Positions 1 to 10,400 of a stretch of 64,000 bases of DNA are shown one piece after another. Under the pieces are notes generated by a model. It was given only the letters and a program-made list of their open reading frames with translations. It did not search any database and was not told the DNA's origin. A program made the position numbers and the translations under genes. How positions within the stretch are numbered: position 1 is the first letter of the stretch; the number at the start of each line of letters is the position of its first letter. The stretch is from IMG/VR virus record IMGVR_UViG_3300033997_000478, positions 260,429-324,428 of that record. One strand, written 5' to 3'.

Positions 1-2
1 TG

Positions 3-332
3 GAAGTCACCGATGGTCGCGGCGTCAAGGTGGGCTACACCTACAGTACGATCTCCCGCATTGCGCCGTTGGTGATCAGTGGTCTGCCCACGGCCGCGCG
101 TATCGGTCAACCCTACAGCTTCAGCTTCACTGTCAGCGGCGGCGTGCCGCCGTACGACTTCAACATCGCCAGCGGTTCGCTGGGTCCGGGTCTGTCTTTG
201 CCGGATCTTCGCCAACCCACCATCTCCGGTACGCCGCAGGCACCTGCGGGCACACGTACCTTCATCATCGAGGTCAACGACGCACGCAGTGTCTCGGCGA
301 CCACGAACGCATCCCTTACGGTCAACTCATGA
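3..332 (+). CDS. Virion protein with putative Ig-like (He_PIG-type) domain, 5-prime partial
   Basis: Frame is open from the window start (EVTDGRGVKVGYTY...). Contains the He_PIG-like signature YSFSFTVSGGVPPY...SGSLGPGLSL...ISGTP. Stop overlaps the next start (ATGA). Confidence 0.75.
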   Translation, partial: EVTDGRGVKVGYTYSTISRIAPLVISGLPTAARIGQPYSFSFTVSGGVPPYDFNIASGSLGPGLSLPDLRQPTISGTPQAPAGTRTFIIEVNDARSVSATTNASLTVNS

Positions 333-892
333 GTAAGCTCAATCAACTCAGTGCGCTGGGGAAAACCGCACTGGAAGCAGTGGTGGAGATGTTCTTCTCC
401 GTGTTCACTCGTGAACTGGATCGCAACCATGTTCGCTTCGAACTGGATGTGGCCAATTCCGAACTGATCATCACCTCACTGGATCAAACCGCCAGTGGCG
501 CTACGGGCATCTACCGGGGTACGGCGCGAGTGCCGTACCTGAAGGCTGACCTCTCGCAGGTCTGCCCCTACCCCTTGGCTGTGCAAACCACCTATCCGGT
601 TACGTTCCGGGAATTGCGTGCGCAGCTGCGCAGTCGTTACGACATCATCTTGGAACAAGGTGAGATGGCTGCCAAACTCAATGGTACGCCGCTCACTGAC
701 GAGATGACCATCAGCGAACCCCTCATGGCCGAATACGGTCAGTTCAAGCTCTACGCCACCCAGTTCTCTGGGCGCTATCGGGCAGGCACCAGCATGACGC
801 TGATCTTCATCCAGCCCAACAAACGCGTACCGCTGAGCGCCCTACTCGACTTGGAGAATGCCCTGTCGATGAAACCGCTCATGGTCCGTTGA
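329..892 (+). CDS. phiKZ-like virion structural (baseplate/fibre-anchor family) protein
   Basis: 187 aa. Motif YLKADLSQV...FRELRAQLRSRYDIIL resembles the Y-x-(R/K)-x-D-L family of phiKZ-like tail proteins. Lies in the tail operon. Confidence 0.55.
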   Translation: MSKLNQLSALGKTALEAVVEMFFSVFTRELDRNHVRFELDVANSELIITSLDQTASGATGIYRGTARVPYLKADLSQVCPYPLAVQTTYPVTFRELRAQLRSRYDIILEQGEMAAKLNGTPLTDEMTISEPLMAEYGQFKLYATQFSGRYRAGTSMTLIFIQPNKRVPLSALLDLENALSMKPLMVR

Positions 893-901
893 GGAGACTC
901 C

Positions 902-2893
902 ATGGCAGGTAACAAGACCATCTACAACAGCACCTTCCAGGAGGTGCTGCTGGAGACGCTCTACCGTACCACGGCATGGAATGCACGCCAGTTGGCCGAC
1001 AACGTCAACATCGCCTTCCAAGCCTTCCCGAACTACACCCAGTGGACACTCACCCCCACCCCTGCCGGTACGGTAGCAGGTCTGGTGAACTCCACCACGG
1101 GTCGGTTCAACAAGCAGAACCTGAGTAACCGCTTCCCGCAGGACATGTGTTACAGCGCCCTGTATCCAGCCAACTTTGAAACGATTGCCAGTTTCTTCCT
1201 GACCTCCTACGACCTGCTGGTTGAACCTGGCTGCTGGCGTCTGGTCAAGGGCAATCGTTCGATCGTGCTGGATGAGTTGGCGTGGGTCGACTTTGATCTG
1301 TCTGACACCCGTTCGATTCGGATGGAAGTCACCGACAGTCACCCGCTGTTTGCACCGGGCACGGGCTTCCCCCTGCTGGTGACCGGTTCGACCAATTCGA
1401 TCTCCCCGCTGACGGCGCGCCTGAACGGACCCACCCAAGGCGCAGTCGGACAGAACCTGGTCAAGGAGCTGTACATCCTGGGCGGGCGTTCGCCGTACAC
1501 GGTAACCCTCAAGTCAGGCACCCCACCGGTGCCGCTGCGTACCAATCCCTTCCGACTGGAAGGTGTCCCCACTACCGATGGTCTTTACACCTTCGTGTTG
1601 CATGTGGAAGATGCCGACGGACGTTGGGTTGATGTGGAGGGTAGCTGCGACATCGCCCTGAATGCTTTCACAGTCAGTGGCACGCTCCCCAACGGTACGG
1701 TCGGTCAATCCTACACAGGCCAGCTGACTTTCAGTGGCGGTGTGATGCCCTACACTCTAGTCTCCCAGTCCGGTGTTCCACTGGGCTTGGAAGTGGGTGT
1801 GGATGGATTCATCTCTGGTATTCCCGACGCAGGTACTTACGCACCCAAGATCGTGTTCAAGGACGCGATGAATCGTCAAGCCACGTTCAATGGTTCGATG
1901 ACCATCGCCGGTCGCTCTGATCGCGCCGTTGCTCAGCTGACGCTGGACGGTCTGACTGAGTGGGTGGACTTTGAAGGCGGTGTGGTCTCCGGCGTTAAGC
2001 CGGTGTCTTACATCAGCGCATCGCCATGGGCCAACAAGGTTACCAATGGTGCCGACGTGCGTGGCCCTCGAGTGGCTGCGTACAAGATCAACGATGGTTA
2101 CTTCCAGCAGACCGCGCAGGTGCGTAAGGATGGTGCCATCGCCATCGGTCTGTGGTTGGAAGCTGACGACTATCCGGTCGGTTCGTGTATTGCCAGTTGC
2201 CGTGACGGTAACGGCGGTTGGGAGTTGTCGGTGGGCGACTCTGACAGCAAGCAGCTGCGCTTTACCTTGAACATCAATGGTAACTGGCGGGCCATCACGA
2301 TTTCCGATCCCGCGCCTCCGTCCAACGGAGAGTGGTCGTACTACGTGCTGCAGTTTGCAGACAACTACGTGGCGGCTTTCCGCAACGGTCGTCTGCTGAC
2401 CTCGGCCAAAGAAGTGGGTCAGTATTTCGATGCTGATACGGCGTTGCTCACCATCGGGCGGCGCTCCAACAATCTCACCGGTTGGCAATGGGTGGGTAAG
2501 ATCGGCAAACTGACGCTCAGCGATGAACGTCTGTGGGCTGATCAACAAAAGCAGCTGTACAACGCGGGTAAGGGGGTTACGATTCGTGACCTCAAGAACG
2601 CGGCCAATGTCTCGACTCCCGCTCAAGTACGCGTCACCGGTTCCCTTAGCAATGGAGTTGTCGGTGCGTTGTATCGTGAAGAGTTGCAGATCACAGGCGG
2701 AGCAGCACGGCAGACGACGCGACGTTTGCTGGGCACGGTTCCACCTGGACTGTCGGTAGTGACCACCGATCCCGATCGACTGGTAATCACCGGCACGCCC
2801 ACGATGGCGGGGAACTTCTCCTCCTTCTGGGTGATCGTCAGTCAAGAAGACGTCGTTGGTTTTGACCTCAACATCAACGTGGTTTCCGGATAA
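902..2893 (+). CDS. Virion protein: N-terminal anchor, Ig-like (He_PIG) repeats and LamG/concanavalin-like domain
   Basis: 663 aa. Repeated GGxxPY...G-x-P-T-x-x-G motifs. LamG-like segment (IAIGLWL...WELSV...WSYYVLQF...FRNGRL...LTIGRR...GKIGKLTLSD). Confidence 0.75.
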   Translation: MAGNKTIYNSTFQEVLLETLYRTTAWNARQLADNVNIAFQAFPNYTQWTLTPTPAGTVAGLVNSTTGRFNKQNLSNRFPQDMCYSALYPANFETIASFFLTSYDLLVEPGCWRLVKGNRSIVLDELAWVDFDLSDTRSIRMEVTDSHPLFAPGTGFPLLVTGSTNSISPLTARLNGPTQGAVGQNLVKELYILGGRSPYTVTLKSGTPPVPLRTNPFRLEGVPTTDGLYTFVLHVEDADGRWVDVEGSCDIALNAFTVSGTLPNGTVGQSYTGQLTFSGGVMPYTLVSQSGVPLGLEVGVDGFISGIPDAGTYAPKIVFKDAMNRQATFNGSMTIAGRSDRAVAQLTLDGLTEWVDFEGGVVSGVKPVSYISASPWANKVTNGADVRGPRVAAYKINDGYFQQTAQVRKDGAIAIGLWLEADDYPVGSCIASCRDGNGGWELSVGDSDSKQLRFTLNINGNWRAITISDPAPPSNGEWSYYVLQFADNYVAAFRNGRLLTSAKEVGQYFDADTALLTIGRRSNNLTGWQWVGKIGKLTLSDERLWADQQKQLYNAGKGVTIRDLKNAANVSTPAQVRVTGSLSNGVVGALYREELQITGGAARQTTRRLLGTVPPGLSVVTTDPDRLVITGTPTMAGNFSSFWVIVSQEDVVGFDLNINVVSG

Positions 2894-2898
2894 GACGA

Positions 2899-2946
2899 CA
2901 TAACGCCCCCTCCTTCGGGAGGGGGTTTATGCTGCCCTTTTTTCTT
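2899..2946 (+). terminator. Hairpin framed by CATAA/TTTATG, followed by U-tract
   Basis: cataacgCCCCCTCC ttcg GGAGGGGG tttatg ... ctttttttctt. Confidence 0.8.
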
Positions 2947-3011
2947 AGTCCTATCTTGTGTGCGCCGCTGTTGCGGCTAAGAATTTCTTCGCCCTCTTTG
3001 AGGAATGTTGC

Positions 3012-4181
3012 ATGTCCAACCATAATCCGATTGCCGCGCTGATGCATGCCCTGAGCAGCCTGCCTGTGCACCCCAACATCCAGGGTTTGAAGTATGTCAT
3101 CGTCGATACCGTCAACGGTCCGCGTCGGTTGGACTTCAACGAACTGGTCACCCCGCCCAACCTGAACTTCTCGCCTGAGTTGATCGGCAAGAAGGTGCTG
3201 GAACTGGAAGGTCGTATCGATCAGTTGCAGGCCACGCAGGTCGAACTGGAACCGCTCTACGAAGACGTCAAGCCGTTTGAGCCGGAAGAGTCGGTGGCCA
3301 TCGGCGACTGCGCCCTTGCCAATGGCTCCAAGGACCGCCACAACGTCGCTGTAGGCGCTTTCGCTGGCTACGCGCTGGAAGGTAGCGGCAACGTGGTCAT
3401 CGGCCCGTATGCGGCCACTGGTGTGAACTACGAGCTGGATAACAGCGTGGTCATCGGCAGTGCAGCGCTGCCTGACGCAGAGCTGGACCTGACCAACGTC
3501 ATCGTGGTGGGTGCGCATGCGCGTGCCACTGGTTCCAACCAGTTCGTACTTGGCCATAGCGGTACTGACGCATACAACCTCAGCGGCCTGCATCGTCGTG
3601 CCGACGTGCGCGATTTCACCAGCATCGAAGATCTGGACTTGGGTCTGGACTTCATCTTGCAGGTCCCGGTGATCCAGTATCAGGTCGATCCGCGTGAAGC
3701 GTACATCGACTGGTCCACCAAACCCGAAGAGCCGCAGTCGCCAGGCCCGGAACCGGAGCCTGTCACGCTGGCTGACTCCCAAGAAGCGATCATCGCCTAC
3801 AACTGCCGCAAGGCACAGTGGGACCGCGATCAGAAGCAGTACACGCTGGACATGGCCAATTATGTCAGCGAACTGAACGAGTGGTCGCGCGTTAACAACC
3901 TGGCCAACATCGAACGTACTGGCGAGTTCGCCGGTAAGCGTACGCATTACGGCTACAACGGTCGTGCCTTGCTGGACCTGTGTGAGCGCTTCGGCGTCAA
4001 CCCGGCTCTGGTGCAAGATCATGCCGTGGCAGAAGGCGATGCACAGATCACGGTCAACGACGCCCACTTGGTGCCGGTGTTGATCCGCGCTGTGCAGCAA
4101 CTGCACAAAACCATGCACAGCCCCGAGTACATCGACACGCTGATCAGCGCCATCGAAACCAAGAAGAACGCGTCGTCCTAA
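3012..4181 (+). CDS. Fibre-associated protein with YadA-like beta-roll repeats and degenerate S74 chaperone domain
   Basis: ATG at 3012 follows GAGGAA. Repeats SVAIG/NVAVG/NVVIG/SVVIG/VIVVG. C-terminus LGLDFILQVPVIQYQ...HYGY...LVPVLIRAVQQL is S74-like. Confidence 0.7.
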   Translation: MSNHNPIAALMHALSSLPVHPNIQGLKYVIVDTVNGPRRLDFNELVTPPNLNFSPELIGKKVLELEGRIDQLQATQVELEPLYEDVKPFEPEESVAIGDCALANGSKDRHNVAVGAFAGYALEGSGNVVIGPYAATGVNYELDNSVVIGSAALPDAELDLTNVIVVGAHARATGSNQFVLGHSGTDAYNLSGLHRRADVRDFTSIEDLDLGLDFILQVPVIQYQVDPREAYIDWSTKPEEPQSPGPEPEPVTLADSQEAIIAYNCRKAQWDRDQKQYTLDMANYVSELNEWSRVNNLANIERTGEFAGKRTHYGYNGRALLDLCERFGVNPALVQDHAVAEGDAQITVNDAHLVPVLIRAVQQLHKTMHSPEYIDTLISAIETKKNASS

Positions 4182-4244
4182 GGGGCGACCGTTTTTCCCG
4201 GCTCGGATTTGAGTAATTTTCTACACCAAAAAGGTACGTGACAC

Positions 4245-7200
4245 ATGAGCCTGCTTTTGCAAAGCCTGGCTGCTCTGGAAACGGCTGGGTCCGTCCAGAA
4301 CAATCAGCGCTTGACGCTTATCACTGCCGGTGGTCTGGTCAATGTCAATTGGGGAACGCTTTCCAATGCGGTGAGTGCGCCGCTGGATGCACGCCTGACG
4401 GCTTTGGAAGGCGGCGCTGGTGCGGCCAAGCCTTCGATCTGGCCAACGGCACGTACGATCTCTCTGACGGGCATCGTCACCGGTTCGGTGGCACTGGATG
4501 GTAGCGGTGATGTATCGCTGGCCACCTCGATCGCCAATGGCGCACTGACCACGGCCAAGACTGCCGGTCTTCAATCTACGCTGGACAACCTGACCACTGG
4601 TCTGGGTAATCGTTGGGGCACGGGCGTCACCGAAGGTCCCAACCCTAGCATCTACACCGGCGATCTGAATCTGCTGGCGGGTGCGACGTTTGTACGCGCC
4701 ACCAACCCAGCTACCAACTTGCCGACGGTGGGTGGTCCGAACTTCACGGTACTGACCAACGGTCTGATCAACTACGGCAACCAGCTGGCTTTCGGTGCCG
4801 ACACGCTCAGCTTCCGTACGCAGAACGCAGGTACTTGGGGTAGCTGGCGTAATCTCTGGCACTCGGGCAATCTGGACCCGTCCAACCTGCTGCTCAAGAC
4901 CGACACTGCAACGGCCGCTTCCAAGTTGGCTACGGCTCGTTCGTTCTCGTTGACCGGTGCTGTGACTGCTTCGGCAGTGCAGTTTGATGGTTCGCAGAAC
5001 GTCACGCTCAATACGTCGATCACCGATGGCTCGATTGCTATCGCCTCGGTATCGGGGCTGACCTCGGCATTGGCGTTGAAGGCTGAGCAGTACGGGCTGA
5101 TTCCAGCTGGTCGTCCGTTGAACTCCAACGGCAACACTGGCTTCTACGGTCAGACGGTTGCAGCCCAAGCTACGCTGGCTAACAACTACCCGGTGGCCGG
5201 TGCTTTGGGTGTACTCAACGTCACCCAGCAGACCGGTTACATCGAGCAGGAATACATCACCACCTCCAATGCGCATTACCGTCGCTTCTTCAACGGTAGT
5301 TCGTGGTCAGGCTGGGCGCGTCTGTGGAGTTCGGATGATTTCGATCCCACCTCCAAGTACGACAAGACCGGCGGTGTGATCAACGGTAACGTGACTGTCA
5401 CCGGTACGGTGGCGTCCAACAACACGATTACCGGCACGACGTTCATCTCCACGGTCGCACCGACGGTCACGCCTCTGTGGCTGCTCTCCGGCGCCGGCTA
5501 TACCGGTCGCACGCGCGGCATCCAGATGAACGAAGACTACGTGATGCTGGTCAACAACGAGACCAGTGGCACGGCCAACTACAACCTGCGTCTGAGCAAT
5601 GCTGGTCTGCTGGAACTGCGCACACCCACCAACACGCTCAGCGTGTGGCATGCGGGTAACTTCACCCCGGACAGCCCGGTGGACAGCAGCGGTCAGATCC
5701 GTATCGGCCCCTCTGACGCAGACTCGGTTCGTTTCCGTAAGGACGGCTACTTCTCCGTTGCAGGCGGCGCCTGGAAGGCTCTGGGTGCAGGTGACTCCAC
5801 CGCAGATCCGATTTTCAACACGATCTCCTTCGGCACTGCTTCCGGCGCGATGCTGGGTACCAGTGAATCGAACACGGGTATCGGCGTTGCTGTCGGCGCG
5901 CCGGGAGCGCGCAAGTCCTTCTCCTTCGGCTCCAATGGTGACTTCACTGTTGGCAGCGGTCGTTTGATCGTTGGCAGCAACGTTGTCTGGCACGCTGGTA
6001 ACTTTGACCCGTCCACCAAGTTGGGCACCACGGCTACTGCCGCGGCAGCGACCAAGCTCGCCACCGCTCGCACGATCAACGGTGTGGCCTTTGACGGTAC
6101 GGCAAATATCACCGTCCCCAGTAACGTCAATCCGGATGACTTCGTTAAGGTCATTCAGACTGCGGCCACGTACACCAATGCCGATAGCCTGAACGGTAAG
6201 CTGGCGTATGCGGTTTCCGGCGGCACGGCCTTGGGTGTGCCTGAAGCCTACATGACCACGTGGAACTTCGGTGACAACGGTTCGCGTGATGGTCAGTTTG
6301 CTTGGACCTACAGCGCCACCAATCGCCTGTACTTCCGCAGTCGTCTGGACACGGGCAGCTCGTGGAAGCCGTGGTATCAGGTTTGGACCGCAGCTTCGTT
6401 CAATCCCAATACCAAGGCCGACATCCAAGACCCGGTGTTCAAGGGCACCGCCTACTTCGACGTCGACAACGGCTCAACGGCCAAGGGTCGCTTCATCGCT
6501 GGTGCCAGCAACGGTATCAACCTTGATGCGGTCAATGACGATGCCTCACAGTTCGCTCCGCTGAACCTGCGAGGTACAGCGGTAACGATTAACGGCAACA
6601 CGCCGTGGACCAACGCCAACTTCGACCCGAACTCCAAGTTGAATGCCCGCGACGAACTGGGCGCAGTGGCTCGCACGCACAGCGACTGGAACACTGCTAC
6701 GACCAACGGGTGGTGGATGGCTGCCAATGCAACCAACGCCCCGGTGGGTAACTGGCTGCTCGGTATTGTCACTCAACACAACAACGATTGGATTCAGCAG
6801 GAGGTCTACGACTTCACCGGCGGCATCAGTGGTCCGAAGTGGTACCGTTGGAAGCTGGGCGGCACCTGGAGCGCGTGGACGCAGGACTTCAATGTCGGCG
6901 GCGCGCTGTACGCAGGTCGTATCTGGACCGGTTGGGACTCCGGCATCGGTGGTTCGATCTCCTGCTCCAACTGGTTCCGTTCTCAAGGCCAGACTGGCAT
7001 CTACTTCGCCGACTACGGCGGCGGTTGGAACATGACCGACACCACGTATGTGCGCGCCTACAACGGCAAGCAGTGTGCGGCCGGTGACTTTGTCATCTCC
7101 TCCGACGTACGCCTGAAGACTGCGATCAATCCGCTGGAGTTCCGTGGCCGCTTGCGTCCTGTGCATTTCACGATGCGTAAGGACGGTCGTCGCGACATGG

Positions 7201-7427
7201 GCTTCATCGCTGACGAAGTTGAGAAGCTCTATCCCGAAGCGGTTGGTGAAATCGAATGCGTCGAAGACGGTCCGCTCAAGGGCAAGATGATCAAGCAGCT
7301 GTCCCAGCAGAAGCTGGTGGCTGTGGTGTCCCATCAGGTCAACGCCGTTGAAGATGATGTCATTGCACTGCGTGCCGAATTGGCCGCGCTCCGGCAAGAG
7401 ATTGCCGAGTTGAAGAACAACCGGTAA
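4245..7427 (+). CDS. Long tail fibre 1 with C-terminal S74 intramolecular chaperone
   Basis: 1060 aa, Gly/Thr/Asn-rich. KLATARTINGVAFDG fibre repeat, WHAGNFDP knob junctions, S-DVRLK cleavage motif, GFIADEV and terminal coiled coil. Confidence 0.9.
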   Translation: MSLLLQSLAALETAGSVQNNQRLTLITAGGLVNVNWGTLSNAVSAPLDARLTALEGGAGAAKPSIWPTARTISLTGIVTGSVALDGSGDVSLATSIANGALTTAKTAGLQSTLDNLTTGLGNRWGTGVTEGPNPSIYTGDLNLLAGATFVRATNPATNLPTVGGPNFTVLTNGLINYGNQLAFGADTLSFRTQNAGTWGSWRNLWHSGNLDPSNLLLKTDTATAASKLATARSFSLTGAVTASAVQFDGSQNVTLNTSITDGSIAIASVSGLTSALALKAEQYGLIPAGRPLNSNGNTGFYGQTVAAQATLANNYPVAGALGVLNVTQQTGYIEQEYITTSNAHYRRFFNGSSWSGWARLWSSDDFDPTSKYDKTGGVINGNVTVTGTVASNNTITGTTFISTVAPTVTPLWLLSGAGYTGRTRGIQMNEDYVMLVNNETSGTANYNLRLSNAGLLELRTPTNTLSVWHAGNFTPDSPVDSSGQIRIGPSDADSVRFRKDGYFSVAGGAWKALGAGDSTADPIFNTISFGTASGAMLGTSESNTGIGVAVGAPGARKSFSFGSNGDFTVGSGRLIVGSNVVWHAGNFDPSTKLGTTATAAAATKLATARTINGVAFDGTANITVPSNVNPDDFVKVIQTAATYTNADSLNGKLAYAVSGGTALGVPEAYMTTWNFGDNGSRDGQFAWTYSATNRLYFRSRLDTGSSWKPWYQVWTAASFNPNTKADIQDPVFKGTAYFDVDNGSTAKGRFIAGASNGINLDAVNDDASQFAPLNLRGTAVTINGNTPWTNANFDPNSKLNARDELGAVARTHSDWNTATTNGWWMAANATNAPVGNWLLGIVTQHNNDWIQQEVYDFTGGISGPKWYRWKLGGTWSAWTQDFNVGGALYAGRIWTGWDSGIGGSISCSNWFRSQGQTGIYFADYGGGWNMTDTTYVRAYNGKQCAAGDFVISSDVRLKTAINPLEFRGRLRPVHFTMRKDGRRDMGFIADEVEKLYPEAVGEIECVEDGPLKGKMIKQLSQQKLVAVVSHQVNAVEDDVIALRAELAALRQEIAELKNNR
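6048..6119 (+). repeat. Fibre repeat shared with 11614..11685
   Basis: Both encode the identical 24-aa ATKLATARTINGVAFDGTANITVP with synonymous differences. Confidence 0.85.
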
Positions 7428-7436
7428 TCACAACCT

Positions 7437-7458
7437 CCCCCTAGGGCGACCTAGGGGG
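7437..7458 (+). terminator. GC hairpin between fibre 1 and fibre 2
   Basis: CCCCCTAGG gcga CCTAGGGGG, weak U-tract. Confidence 0.55.
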
Positions 7459-7479
7459 CTTGCCTTTCAAGGATCCAAC

Positions 7480-10400
7480 ATGTCTCTCAATACGCTCAGC
7501 TTCAAGGGTTTTGCTTTCACTGAAAACCCGCAAAGCGCGCAGTACGTCTCCGTACGTACCGGGCCAGGGGATGAGGACTTTGCCAACGTACTGCTGAGCG
7601 ATCTGCGTACCTTCATCACCGCAGAGGTGGAGGTTCGTCTTGCTGCTCTGGAGGCCGGCGAGTCTGGGGGCGCCAAGCCCTCCATCTGGCCTGTGGCCCG
7701 CACGATGACGCTGTCCGGTCCGGTGACCGGTTCGGCTTCGTTTGACGGTTCGCAGAACTTCTCACTGAGCACGTCCATTGCCGACGGTGCTCTGACGATT
7801 GCCAAGACCAATGGTCTGCAAGGACAACTGACCACGCTGCAAACCAACATCGACGGCAAGGCGCCGTTGGTGCACAGCCACATCGGCACCCAGCCGAACC
7901 TGAACTCGATTCCCGGCGGCGTCCTGCCGGTCGGCGCCGTTGTAGGTAGTGGCTCCACCGCTCTGGACGGATTCACCAACCCGTTGTACCTGTCCGCCTA
8001 TGATGGACAAACGCGTGCCTCGCAGTTGATCTTCGACAATGCTACCGATGAAGTAGGCTTCCGCCGCTTCACCGCGGGCAACTGGCGATCGGTTCGCAAG
8101 ATCTGGACTGAAGCTAACTTCGATCCGAGTGTCAAGGCCAGCACCGGCGGTAACACCTTCACCGGTCTGAACACCTTCGCCAATGGTCGGGTGGTGATCC
8201 GTGCTGACGTGGCTGCCACGCAGTCGGCGTTGCAGTTCCAGGATGAGTCGGCTGTGCTGCAAGGCATGGTCTACTACAACCGCACCGACAAGGCCATGAC
8301 GATCTATACGGCCGCAGGTGATGGCACCTCCAAGGTGATGTCACTCAAGCCCGACGGTCTGTACTGGGATGCCAAGAAGGTTTGGCATGCGGGGAACTTC
8401 GATCCGGCTACCTACAACTACATGACGGTCACGCCGACGTTGTACAACGCCAGCGCAGGTATCAACTGCGACAATCTGGTTGTCGGCTCCAAGGCCTTCG
8501 TGCACAACGCCAACACCAACACGCCGGGTACGGCCGCCACCTATTGGCACATTGAAACTGTGCAGCTGGGTGATGTGGCTGGTTCGCTGATCCAACGCGC
8601 CTACGCCGCTGACAGCAGCGAAATGTGGACGCGTGTGTATAACGCTGGTTGGAAAGCCTGGCGGCGGGTGTGGACCTCGGAGAACTTCAACCCGGTCAAC
8701 AAGCTTGACGCCAACGCAGCGGCAGCCAGCGCACAGAAGCTCACCATTGCGCGTACGATCGCCCTGACGGGCGTCGTGACCGGTAGCGTGTCCTTTGATG
8801 GTAGCGCCAACGCAAGCATCACCACGGCCTTCTCAGGCGATGTCACCAACAGCGCCGGTGGCTTCATTGTTGCTGGCGGTGGTGCGGTGCAGGTTAACAA
8901 CCCCAACGCCAGTTCGGCTTCGATCAAGATGGACTGGAACGGCGATATGCCGCGCTTGCGCATCGGTGGATCTGGCACCGGCTCGAACGCAACGTTCTTG
9001 ATTGTGGGTCAAAGTGAAAAGACCCGCATGTCGTTGGACCTCAACGGCAACGCCATGTTCGCCGGCAATATCCTGGCCAACGGTGACAAGACGGTCTATC
9101 ACTCTGGCAATCTGGACTTGACTGATTTCACCCGCGTGGGCACCACCAACCTGGGTAAGGTCGGTTCCACTACGGTTGGTCCGGGTACGCTGAATTCACC
9201 TGCGGCATGGTCCAACCTGCCCACTGGCTTCTCCAGCTTCGTGCTTAACACCGTGGGCACGGCCAACGGCGCACCGGGTGACGGCTACGGCTACTTCCAC
9301 AAGATCGCCCAGCGTGATACGCAAGGCGGTTGGGCCGGTATCTGGCTGCCGCATCTGTTCAATGGCGCACAAGTCATCCAGGCGTACCTGGGTGGTGCCA
9401 ACGACAGCACCTCATATGCTCGCTGGGCTAAGATCTGGAATGACACCAACCATGGTGCAGGTTCCGGTCTGGATGCTGACTTGCTCGATGGTAAGGATGG
9501 CGGCTACTACCTGAGTAAGGACACCCTGCTCGGCGGTGCCAACATGGCCCGCAATGGTAGCTTTGAAAGTCAGTACAACAGCGGTCGTCCGTACTTCTGG
9601 AACTTGGGTGGCAATGCCACCGGTCGCAGTGGTTCGTTCGTGGTCAGCGCTGCTGGTCCGGCGGGTGTCGGTTTCCGCATTGATGCTACTTCGGCTACGG
9701 CCGGTCAGTACATCGACATGATGCAACCGCTGCTGGAAGACGGTACAGACCCGCGTCCGACTTGTGTACCCAATCGCCCCTATACGGCCAGCTGCGACTT
9801 CCGCGGCACCGAAGGTGCGATGGTGCGCATGTACATCCAGTTCTACGACAGCAGCGATACGGTGATCGCCACGGCCACCTCGCAGGACTTCACCGCTTCG
9901 GCCACGAACTACCAGCGCGCTTTCGTGACTGGTCGCGCACCGGCCAACGCTGTCAAGCTGCGCATGTACTGTCCGCGACTGCACAACAACGGTCTGGGTG
10001 GCGCCACGGTACCGCTGTTTGTGGAATACGCAGGTGCCTCGCTTCAAGAAGGTGACAGCTACAGCACCTTCCATTATCCGGGCTCCTCGTTCCTGCGCAA
10101 TGACATTGCCAATCTCCAGGACGTGCGCCTGGCAACGGGCAATGGTCGCGGTCTGCGCTTCTTCGACAACGAGCAGTACAAGATCTTCATGTCGGTGGCC
10201 ACCGACGCAACCTACGGCGGCCGAATCGCAGGTGAAACCACCTCCGATTACAACATGTACTTCCGCATGGCCAGCGGCACCAACCGCGGTTTCGTGTTTG
10301 AGAAGGACAACGGCAACAAGCTGCTGTCGATCAATCCCAACGGTGTGCGTTCGGCGGTGGACATCACCGCACCGATCATCACTGCAACCACGCAGTTCCA

